Assembly (NCBI GenBank): GCA_964016885.1
Contig: OZ024743.1
Location: 167,772,001-167,836,000 of the forward strand
DNA: 64,000 nt
Reading direction: 5' to 3'
Origin: Eledone cirrhosa
Lineage: Eukaryota
The position numbers were made by a program, and so were the translations under genes. The first letter of the stretch is position 1, and each line of letters opens with the position of its first letter. Under the pieces are notes generated by a model, which was not told the DNA's origin, searched no databases, and saw nothing but the letters and a program-made list of their open reading frames with translations. Shown here in pieces: positions 12,535 to 24,263 of the stretch.

Positions 12535-13157
12535 ATCTTCTGGTTTTATAATTTCACAAATTTTTGCCAATAGAGAGAGTCGGTTTCTAACATAGTTACA
12601 AGACTCTCTCGTTAGAATTTATACAACATTAACTAGGTAGATATGTCTGTATGTCTGCATGCATCCATGTGTGTGCAGGTATGGATGTTATTCTATGTGT
12701 GGATATGTATGTTTTGAGTTGTATGTGTGCATGTGCACACGTTTTGTATTTGTACATGTGTATATGCAGTTATTAGATGCAAAATCTTTGGAATGTTTTA
12801 CATATTTTTACTGTTCCATTAATGGATTGTACTTGTAATTTCCGAACTAGTTGTGTTCTTTCTGTTTCTGTGAAGCCCAGCTTCTCAAGGCAGTTACTAA
12901 CATATCCCAGTGCCCCAATAATCAGAGGCATAAAATCTGAAGGTATAGTCAGGCTGGAGTATCTGCAGATTTCTCATTAGTTCTGTATAAAGATTCTCCT
13001 TTACGCTAATATTTGATATTATGTTGGCCTCTGCTGGGCAGCTAACTTCCACTACTGTGCATGCCTTCTTTTCCATGTCCCCTATCATTATATTTGGTCT
13101 GTTATGCCTGCATTTTATTGGGGTTTTTACTGGAATATTCGACCAGTACTCTTCATT
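12535..13157 (-). mobile_element. R4/Dong-like RLE retrotransposon, second 5'-truncated fragment in tandem
   Basis: ORF 12897-13088 (KKACTVVEVSCPAEANIISNISVKENLYTELMRNLQ) and the same 3' UTR. Confidence 0.85.
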
Positions 13158-14181
13158 ATTTCTGAAGACAGCATATATATGTGTAGGTATGTATATTCCC
13201 TCTGATAGTTTGTAAAAATTTTACATAGATCTATATGATATACATACCAACACACACATATATATCCTAGAAACGATCGTAAAATGATGAATTTTTTAAT
13301 ATAAGGGACCGTTTCTTTGTTTTTATTCATTATTTTTATTAATTTATCTTGACTCTGTTTTCCTGTGTTTTTCATCGAAAAATTTTGAATACATCTTCTC
13401 TTTTCATGATATTTGGATTACATTGAGTTCTTCATACGGATTGGACACTACCGTATATTTTGGTAGATTTATCTACATATATATATATATTGATGGGAAT
13501 ATATGCATGGTATTATACTTTAATGCATATTTAATAATCATTTAATTGGGTTTAAATATAAATTCTTTTAAAGTTGTAGTATAATATTAATAGAATATCT
13601 TACCTTATAATAAAAAATTATAATAATCTAGAATGAGCTAAATTAAATTATATTAATTTAAGCATATAAATTTGTAATTAACTTAAATATTTGATTGCTA
13701 TAGAAAGTAATCTATACCTAACAATCTGGATAAAATATAAATGTCTAATTAGCTAAAGCGTAATCCAATACAAGCGATATCCACTGATATATGTGAATAA
13801 ATTTTTGATTTCTAATTTTACAACGGTTTTTTATTCTCCCCTCTATTTCATCCTTTCCTTTTCCTTTTCTTCGTTTTTCTTTATTCCCCTTCTTTTTCTC
13901 TTTTTTCTCCCCACATCTTCCCTCTCTTTTGTTTTTATTCTTCTTTTCTCTTACACCTTTTTTTCTTCTTTTATTCATTTATTTATTTATTTATTGGTTT
14001 ATTTCTCGCCTTTTCCTTTACTTTGCATCTCCCTTCTATATTTCTACCCTGTTCTACGTCCTCTTCTCTAAGTTTATCATATTATTTGTGGTATATAAAC
14101 GCTGAGAGTTGGTAAAATAAATCACTGCCACTACTGGAATTGAATAATCAAAACCGTAGCGGAATGTCGCATATAAAATCT

Positions 14182-14248
14182 TATATTTTGTCTGATGAAA
14201 AGGTACTTAAACACCATTGTACCTTTGAAATATGTATAATAAAATATA
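14182..14248 (+). ncRNA. Minimal type I hammerhead ribozyme (family 1)
   Basis: Stem I tatattttgt/ataaaatata; CTGATGA; stem II aaaggtac/gtaccttt; GAAA; short stem III TATGTA-TA; inverted degenerate copy (CTAATGA) at ~14375-14445. Confidence 0.85.
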
Positions 14249-14443
14249 TATTTTGATTATGAGAATATGTTTCATTTATTAATATTTTGAATATATATAT
14301 ATATTTATTATATATATATATTTATATATATATATATATATACATTTATTAATATTTTCAATATATATATATATATATTGTTATACATATTTCAAAGGTA
14401 CAATGGTGTTTAAGTATGTTTTCATTAGACAAAATATAAGATT

Positions 14444-14500
<57 letters not shown>

Positions 14501-14502
<2 letters not shown>

Positions 14503-14690
14503 AACGAGTAGGACCCCGACGGCTGAGCTCAAGCCGTTTCGACGGCTAATTCTGTCCAGAATTAGCCGTCGAAACGGCTTGAGCTGAGCCGTCGGGGTCC
14601 TACTCGTTCCTATTACCCACTCTAGTACCCTAAGTATTGAGTACTTTGGTGCGTTATGGTCCACTTGGTTCCTTACCACATTTCCTTCGT
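14501..14690. repeat. Fold-back palindrome (14501-14610) built from a PLE-A pseudo-LTR fragment carrying the 3' half of a hammerhead
   Basis: Near-perfect inverted arms; right arm and its continuation match 24083-24220 and the reverse of 47535-47650; contains GAAA-CGGCT..AGCCG-TC-GGGGT. Confidence 0.8.
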
Positions 14691-14837
14691 TATATATATA
14701 TATATATACAGTATATGGAAGTACTATCATATTTCCAGTGTTTATGGCCTTTAAAGATATTGATCTGGCCCTGCAGACCCATGAATAAAGGTATATATGT
14801 TGAGACACGGTGTATTTTGTGAGGTATATATATGTGG

Positions 14838-15130
14838 CATCCTTGTTGACACGCTATGATTGAAGTGCTTGGTAAGTGGTGGCAGTAATAGTGGTGTGGA
14901 GCTGAATGAGGCACCCCTCTTGACAATCTATGAATGAAGTGATTGGTAAGTGGTGGCAGTAAAGATGGAGTGGAGTTGAATGAGGTGCCCCTCTTGATAA
15001 GCTACGAATGAAGTGATTGGTAAGTGGTGACAGTAAAGATGGAGTGGAGCTGAATGAGGTGCCCCTCTTTACAAGCTACGAATGAAGTGATTGGTAAGTG
15101 GTGGCAGTAAAGGTGGAGTAGAGCTGAATA
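14838..15130. repeat. 74-bp minisatellite, ~4 copies
   Basis: TGAAGTG.TTGGTAAGTGGTG.CAGTAA recurs at 14861, 14935, 15009, 15083. Confidence 0.85.
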
Positions 15131-15329
15131 TGTTACACCGGTGACTGTGAGAGATCTAACCACTAACTTAAGGAAAATAGGTGAGAACAGCAAGATAGGG
15201 AATAGTGTGTAGGAACGAATTTAAATAAGCATTAGAATTTGAAAGAGTATTATGAGTAAAGGGCAATATAATGATTTGAAGAGGATAGCTAAACAAGTAA
15301 TAAATAAAATAAAGGAACCATACTAAGGA

Positions 15330-15570
15330 CACAGCATGTCATTTATCATAGCCTTGGGTCAAATCATGCCTTGTGAGTGAAATTGTTTGGAAGTCCTTTG
15401 GATGGACTGTAACTGCAATTCAAAGGGCCAGCTTTGTGACATAATGTGCCCCGTTGTATCTTCCTGAGAATTATGTTAAGGGTACTTGTTTATGTGGTAT
15501 GCTCCTCAACAACATCCGTTAATCGAACAACTGGAACTGTCATCGTCGAAAGCGACGGTGATTCATCAAT
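15330..15570 (+). repeat. Degenerate interspersed repeat (SINE-like 3' portion)
   Basis: Resembles, from recall only, an abundant octopus repeat (TCAAAGGGCCAGC...CTGAGAA.TA.GTTAAGGGTAC); single copy in the window. Confidence 0.3.
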
Positions 15571-15603
15571 GTGATTAATCCATGGATGTGATAAACTGGT
15601 CCC

Positions 15604-15665
<62 letters not shown>

Positions 15666-16365
15666 GTTATATAGTAAGGTGTATTATTGGTTGTGCAAAA
15701 CGGACCAATACATTTTTGTTAGCAATATTAAGTTCTCCACGCTTTATATCTCCAATTCCATTCAAGAGAACAGCTAGATCATGTAAAACGGAGTATTAGT
15801 ATCAAAGATGAAAATCCGAAGGCAAGGTAAAATTTCCAATCATTTTAATCCCGACACATGTTTCATTAAAGAGATAGATCGATTGTGAAGCCATGATCAA
15901 TTATCACTGATCTCATCAGGTGAAAATGAATTGTCTTCAAATTCCTGATATGAGGGAGAAAATTAGCAATGTTCACTCACAGCGTTTATTCCCTCATATG
16001 AAATTAATGTGAGCAAGAAGCCAACAGTAATTCATACATATAAGTGACTATTACGTAAAGATGAATAATATTTAACGTAAGATATGGGAAAATAATTCAA
16101 TCCCAATTCAAAAACAGTCAAGACAGAAATTTTATCCACAGATTTTGTGTAATCCAGGGCAAAAATCAATAGAATCTTAACTCAGAATAAAATTAAGAGT
16201 AAATACTTATCCTTCATATATATATATATGTGAGAAAAACCACAGACCCTCCATTTCAATTCTACTTTTGAAAATCAGAAGAACTGCGAAACCGCTAAAG
16301 GAACCAAATAAATATATATTTAAAACAAAAAAGACTCCAGTTGCATTTTCGATTTCATTTTTTTT

Positions 16366-16435
<70 letters not shown>

Positions 16436-16579
16436 TTAGGTTAATAGGAGTTAGGTATTGTATACCCGTGTCCCATTAAGGTATTGGCAGCAGAAGTAAT
16501 TAGCTCTATGCTTTGGAGCAGAGCCGTATATATGAAAAAGAACACATGGGCGTCTACAACATCAAAAGATTTTTTATTG

Positions 16580-16624
16580 GCTTACAATATTTCTTCCTTA
16601 CGTAACCGTAGGATTCGTCAGAGC
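16580..16624 (-). ncRNA. Minimal type I hammerhead ribozyme (family 2)
   Basis: gct-CTGACGA-atcctacg gtta cgtaaggaa-GAAA-tattg-TA-agc. Confidence 0.65.
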
Positions 16625-16882
16625 TATAAAAGGGGTTTGATTGGTGTTATGGACTCTACCAACCAAACATTCAAGAACAAAGAGTAAAGAGAGTAAAGAG
16701 CAAAAGTAGGGGACGATAAGTCTAATTTTGGTGCGGGAGGGTGGTAAACAAGGACCCACACCCCACCCTCCCGCACCAAAATTAGACTTATCGTCCCCTA
16801 CTTTTGCTCTTTACTCTCTTTACTCTTTGTTCTTGAATGTTTGGTTGGTAGAGTCCATAACACCAATCAAACCTCTTTTATA

Positions 16883-16927
16883 GCTCTGACGAATCCTACG
16901 GTTACGTAAGGAAGAAACATTGTAAGC
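16883..16927 (+). ncRNA. Minimal type I hammerhead ribozyme (family 2)
   Basis: gct-CTGACGA-atcctacg gtta cgtaaggaa-GAAA-cattg-TA-agc; stem I is short. Confidence 0.7.
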
Positions 16928-16994
16928 CAATAAAAAATCTTTTGATGTTGTAGACGCTCTTGTGTTCTTTTTCATATATATATATATATATATT

Positions 16995-18438
<1,444 letters not shown>

Positions 18439-18867
18439 TATATATAATTACATTATTCAATGTATATATATATTATTCAATGTATATATATATATAATTA
18501 CATTATTCAATGTATCCTTTCTTAGCTTTAAAGGGAAGATAGACATTTATAAATAGAAAGAAATATATGAAAATTAAATAAAAAAAATAACTTTTAACCA
18601 TTTATAAGAAAAATCGAAGGTTATAAAATAGTGAAATGTGAAAATATTTGTATTTGTATTTCTTCAACATTATTTTCATGGAAGTTAGACATGGAGTGGG
18701 TGTGATTATAGAGACTGAAACCTGTAGAGAATGAACGGTTGGTTTTCAGCAAACATGGTGCTAAGTGGATAAAGATATATCAAAATTAGAATTTTTAAGA
18801 TTTTACTATCAATTAATACAAAATGTTGTTTAGATTATTAAGATTTGTTAAAATATATAGATTTTCA

Positions 18868-19055
18868 GGGCGGTGGATTAGCAGAGCGTGGGACAAGGTT
18901 TTGCTACATATAGTTACTCAGTTCATATCCCGCCGAGGTTAGATTTGCCTTTCGTTCTTACGGTGTCGATAAAATAAAGTACCAGTTACGTATCGGGGTA
19001 GATTTAATCGACCCTCCCCCCCCCCCCACCCAAATTGGTGGTCTTGTGCCTAAAT
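18868..19055 (+). mobile_element. tRNA-derived SINE, diverged copy
   Basis: GGGCGGTGGATTAGCAG...GTTCATATCCCGCCGAGG...GTCGATAAAATAAAGTACCAG. Confidence 0.72.
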
Positions 19056-19522
19056 CATTTATATGATTTTTTCATTGTCTCACTGGAAAAGAATGTTTTG
19101 CAGATTTAGGTTAGAGTGGATGGGACGCTACAACATTTACTTGCCCCGTATTCCTTATGTTGTAGTCGGACCATACAGATCTATTAAGTAACGGCTACAC
19201 TAATTCTAAATAAGTGCCTTGATTTTATGAAGGGTCATATTTTTAAGTTAGTTATTTAATTTTTTATTTTTGTTTACGCTTTTTGTTTGACTTGGGAAAT
19301 CTTGAATATCACAACTCCATTATGCCCTTGTCTTGAAATCATTAAGGTATTTTAATGGAAACACCTGATTACTCTTTTTACTGTTAGTGCGTGGGATACT
19401 TATTTATCTTTTATATGTATATACACACATACGCGCGCACACACATACACATATATACATATGTATTTATATACGCATATAATTTTACACACACACACAA
19501 GTACAAATGTACACACACACTC

Positions 19523-19658
<136 letters not shown>

Positions 19659-19793
19659 GTTAGCGTTTGTCTGTATATGTGTGTGAATTAGGTTATAAAT
19701 CCCTGGACCAGTATAGAACAAGGGCGTGGGATTAATAATCTAATTTATATTAATGTAAACACATACATATTGTATGTATATATATACATATAC

Positions 19794-20456
19794 ATACTTA
19801 CAGCAAACATTGATGCAATTTAATTCAAGCACTCTACGTACTTTTTCCGCATAGGAATGACTGAGTATATTTAGAGTAAGAAAATGCGAAGTAGTTTCAG
19901 ATGTTAAGGTCCTTTATTGATAAGGCAGTGGCCACGCTATTCCACCTAACCAGTAGCATGGTCAGATAGCTTCTTAGATAATAAGGTTATGTTCTTAAGG
20001 CAATCCAAATCAAAACGACAGAGGAACGGACAAAGATGATGTTCCCAAGACATTGGATTGCTACTTCTATACATTATATACATATAAATTATATATATAC
20101 ATATATAATTTATATGTATATAATGTATGGAGGTAGCAATCCAAATCAAAACGACAAGGGAACGGACAAAGATGATGTTCTTGAAGCCTTCGCCCGTTGC
20201 TTCGGGAACATCATCTTTGTCCGTTCCTCTGTCGTTTTGATTTGGATTGCCTTAAGAACATAACCTTATTATCTAAGAAGCTATCTGACCATGCTACTGG
20301 TTAGGTGGAATAGCGTGGCCACTGCCTTATCAATAAAGGACCTTAACATCTGAAACTACTTCGCATTTTCTTACTCTAAATATACTCAGTCATTCCTATG
20401 CGGAAAAAGTACGTAGAGTGCTTGAATTAAATTGCATCAATATTTGCTGTAAGTAT
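19794..20456. repeat. Nested fold-back: ~253-bp inverted arms enclosing a second palindrome
   Basis: 19794-20046 vs 20204-20456 are near-identical reverse complements; inner palindrome ~20052-20145. Confidence 0.9.
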
Positions 20457-20581
20457 ATATATATATACATATATATATATATGGTCTAGTATATATATAT
20501 ATGGTCTAGTATATATATATATATGGTCTAGTATATATATAGAAAATTGACAAAGAGATATGAGTTCACCAGCGTGAAAAG

Positions 20582-20662
20582 ATCCTCCTGTTGATAAGCC
20601 GACAACAGTATGATTCTACATTTCATTTGCGGCGAAACATGCTTACAGCATGTCCAGAAGAT
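20582..20662 (+). ncRNA. Degenerate type I hammerhead (core TTGATAA instead of CTGATGA)
   Basis: Stem I atcctcctg/cagaagat; stem II gccg/cggc; GAAA; stem III catgc/gcatg; TC. Confidence 0.55.
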
Positions 20663-20928
20663 ATTTTTATAAACAAATGGTATATACATTTTAATTTATT
20701 CTTTTAATTGATATGTATTCTCCATTCTGTTCGTAGACAATATTACTTTCTTTCTGGTGGTATTCTATCCTCTATAATCTAATCCCATGAGCTCATTAAA
20801 TTATAAGGGATTAATATGAGTCTTTTTTAAATTGATGTATATATATATATACGCACACACACACCCACCCACCCACACACATATATATATTTAAATATAT
20901 TTAATTAGAAAGTGAACAACACAATATA

Positions 20929-21008
20929 TAACTACTCCATTACCAAAGGTTTCAGGACCCTAGACAATATTAATATACGTCTAGATCGTTCATCAGACAG
21001 AGTTGTTA
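20929..21008 (-). ncRNA. Type I hammerhead ribozyme (family 3), intact core
   Basis: taacaactctgt-CTGATGA-acgatctagac...gtctagggtcct-GAAA-cctttgg-TA-atggagtagtta; ~11-bp stem I. Confidence 0.85.
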
Positions 21009-21428
21009 TGAATAGGAAATATGAGATGAGATTTAAAATCTGTTAAAACTTGGAAGTGAGGCAGGAAAAATAACGGAAAATATACATAAGAAAAAATATA
21101 AGAAATATGTAAAAAACACATAGAAAATTATAAAAGCATATCTGTATATACATATACACACACATACACACACATTCAGATAAAAGTGAAATATATATAT
21201 ATATATATATGATGTATATATATTTATACATGTACATATACGGTAAGACTGCGTACTCATAAGTAAAAAATTTTATAAATATACATATATAAATATAACA
21301 AATACGTGTGCACGTAGATATATATACACGGAAAAGACACAAACGTATAAACTCACTAGTCTGCAAACATATACATACACAAAAATATAGGGGAAAATAA
21401 AAATAAAAATATAAATAAGCGGTCTGAC

Positions 21429-21496
<68 letters not shown>

Positions 21497-21534
21497 CACA
21501 CACACGCACGCACGCACACACACGCACGCACGCG

Positions 21535-21609
<75 letters not shown>

Positions 21610-21611
21610 GC

Positions 21612-21786
21612 GCTTGCCGCGTATCTCAAGGATTGCGTTTCGTTTTGTTTTTGGCACCCGCCGAAATACGATCTCACTGAAATTATATTCATATATGTAT
21701 ATATAAATATACATTCAGCGAGAATCACATTTCGGTGGGTAGAAAAAGCGAAACGTAACGCAAATTCCGAGTCATGCTGGCAAGCA
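21612..21786. repeat. Imperfect ~175-bp hairpin (MITE-like or structured RNA)
   Basis: GCTTGCC..TTGCGTT..ACCCGCCGAAAT..CTCACTGAA pairs with TTCAGCGAG..ATTTCGGTGGGT..AACGCAA..GGCAAGC. Confidence 0.6.
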
Positions 21787-22061
21787 CTCCATAGTCTAAA
21801 AGACTAGAGCAATAAACATACGTTATAAGGCCATACAAACTGAGAAGGCGGTCAAGAAGCTATAGTAAAAAACCTAAGTAAAAAAACAAGTCATGCTAAA
21901 CAGGTCAGACAAAATAAATGACATAATCATATATATATATAATTGGAAAAAATGAAACGAAATTTCATTTCTCACTCTTAGTACGGCTGTTACTTAAATA
22001 TAATTAAGCCGTGAAGTGTTTAGCAGCCATCGTTGCCCTTTTGTTCAACACTGACAAAGGA

Positions 22062-22104
22062 ACGATGTACTAGTTTCAAGCTTATTAGCTATCGTCAGCA
22101 CCGT
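22062..22104 (-). ncRNA. Minimal type I hammerhead ribozyme (family 4)
   Basis: acggtg-CTGACGA-tagct aata agctt-GAAA-ctag-TA-catcgt. Confidence 0.85.
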
Positions 22105-22492
22105 ATACCTTCCTGCCAGATGATTGAACGTCTGAAAGTATATACTTTCCTTGTGCATATTAACAGCTGAGTAGCCTAAATTGCATATCGAGTGAGTTAA
22201 TCGGCCGGGCGCACCGAAACGATAAATGGAAAAAATGAAACGAAATTTCATTTCTCATTCTTAGTACGGCTGTTACTTAAATATAAGTATGTACACGTAC
22301 ATACTCATATGTATACAGACGTACAGTAGTATGTATATATATACATACATGCACACATATATATATATATGTACGTATGGATTTACTGAACATTTATTAT
22401 AACGCTCGGTTTGTTTGTAAACAAACATCCCGAATTAAGACGTACAGTGTTTAGCAACCATCGTTGCCCTTTTGTTCAACACTGATAAAGGA

Positions 22493-22535
22493 ACGATGTA
22501 CTAGTTTCAAGCTTATTAGCTATCGTCAGCACCGT
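22493..22535 (-). ncRNA. Minimal type I hammerhead ribozyme (family 4)
   Basis: Same motif as 22062-22104. Confidence 0.85.
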
Positions 22536-23063
22536 ATACCTTCCTGTCAGATGATTGAACGTCTGAAAGTATATACTTTCCTTATGCATATTAACGGCTG
22601 AGTAGCCTAACTTGCATATCGAGTGAGTTAATCGGCCGGGCGCACCGAAAGCGATAAATAGAAAAAATTAAACGAAATTTCATTTTTCACTCTTAGTACG
22701 GCTGTTACTTAAATATAAGTATGTATACGTACATACACATATGTATACAGACGTACAGTAGTATGTATATATATATACATACATGCACACATATATATAT
22801 GTACGTATGGATTTACCGAACATTTATTATAATGCTCGGTTTGTTTGTAAACAAACATCCCGAATTAAGACGTACAGTGTTTAGCAACCATCGTACAGCC
22901 GTACTAAGAGTGAGAAATGAAATTTCGTTTCATTTTTTCCATTCATCGTTTTCCTTGCGGCCGGCCGATTAACTCGCTCGATATGCAATTTAGGCTGCTC
23001 AGCCGTTCATATGCATAAGGAAGTATATACTTTCAGACGTTCAATCATCTGACAGGAAGGTAT

Positions 23064-23106
23064 ACGGTGCTGACGATAGCTAATAAGTTTGAAACTAGTA
23101 CATCGT
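23064..23106 (+). ncRNA. Minimal type I hammerhead ribozyme (family 4, inverted copy)
   Basis: acggtg-CTGACGA-tagct aata agttt-GAAA-ctag-TA-catcgt. Confidence 0.82.
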
Positions 23107-23151
23107 TCCTTTGTCAGTGTTGAACAAAAGAGCAACGATGGTTACGGGACC

Positions 23152-23207
<56 letters not shown>

Positions 23208-23790
23208 TATCTATCTATCTAAGGCGGGTAAAATTCCCGAGATCCATGGACGAGTTCTCTCCAGCGGTCTCTGTCCCTCATTATCGCTGCCATGTCCTGC
23301 ATCTCCAACAGACCAGTGTCTGTCCTGAGGGCATCAACATACGTTAACCTTGGTCTTCCTCTTCTAGTGTGTCCATGTAGGGGATCCCAAAGGAGTACTG
23401 AGTGCAATGTCAACTCTGGATGTCGGTGAGCATGTCCAGCCAACCTCAGTCTCCTCTGTGTCACTTTTGAGCTGACTTTTGGGATGCTCCGATACAGCTC
23501 TGAGTTTTTCATCCTCAGTGTATACTGATTAATGTTCAGAGCCATCCTCAGTATTCTCGTGTAGCACCCATCCACCATCGGAAGATGATGTGGTTGAGAG
23601 GAAGAGCAAGGCCTGGGCGGCGTGCCACAGCTTGAGATCGGTGTGGAAGTCGGACCTTCGTAGAGTCCTGAAAATCCGCCTCTTCATTGCTGTAGTGGAG
23701 TCTGTGCTGCTGTATGGGTCTGAGACTTGGACACTGACCAAGAAACTCACTCAGATGGTGGATGGGTGCTACACGAGAATGCTGAGGATA
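23208..23790 (-). mobile_element. RTE-like LINE 3' fragment with inverted 5' segment and (TAGA)n tail
   Basis: 23219-23578 (-) encodes RRLRLAGH..LLW.P..RGRP..YVD..DRDRWR; 23580-23790 (+) encodes the preceding KAW..VWKS..LF..VESVLLYGSETWTL. Confidence 0.85.
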
Positions 23791-23930
23791 TATATTATAT
23801 ATATATATATAACTGTACAGATTAATTCGGGATGTTTGTTTACAAACAAATCGAGCATTATAATAAATGTTCGATAAATCCGTACGTACATATATATATA
23901 TATATATATATATGTTCGATAAATCCGTAC

Positions 23931-23983
<53 letters not shown>

Positions 23984-24031
23984 TCTTTGACCAATCCTTC
24001 TGACAATTACTATCTTCCCATATAAGGAATT

Positions 24032-24127
24032 ACCCCCTGAGAAGTTCGGCTATTTATTTACCGGGCTAAAGATTCTTACTTAGTCCAGAATTAGCCGTCG
24101 AAGCGGCTTGAGCTCTGCCGTCGGAGT
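24032..24127 (+). ncRNA. Degenerate hammerhead in the PLE-A pseudo-LTR
   Basis: acccc-CTGAGAA-g..cggcta...tagccg..c-GAAG-cggc..gccg-TC-ggagt; both core boxes mutated. Confidence 0.55.
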
Positions 24128-24263
24128 CATACTTGTTCCTATTACCCACTCTACTACCCTAAGTATTGAGTACTTTGGTGCGTTATGGTCCATCTGGTTC
24201 CTTACCACATTTCCTTCGTTATCTAGCTCCTACCTCCGTAGTAGAGCACTTTTCGACCCTACC

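Larger units (their letters stand above)
16527..16980. repeat. ~218-bp-arm inverted repeat with an 18-bp spacer; each arm carries a hammerhead
   Basis: 16527-16744 is the reverse complement of 16763-16980 with a few mismatches. Confidence 0.9.
21943..23143. mobile_element. ORF-less 431-bp tandem repeat with one hammerhead per unit, followed by an inverted copy (retrozyme-like or PLE pseudo-LTR array)
   Basis: Units offset by 431 bp (22062 vs 22493); inverted copy 22894-23143 continues at ~23812-23935. Confidence 0.8.

Noticed and set aside
14838-15130. Regularly spaced repeats resembling a CRISPR array
   Set aside because: The whole 74-bp unit repeats with no unique spacers, there are no cas genes, and the context is eukaryotic
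15843-15926. Minus-strand CTGATGA...GAAACATGTGTC motif
   Set aside because: Core and stem III fit a hammerhead but stems I and II are weak; counted only as a possible degenerate copy
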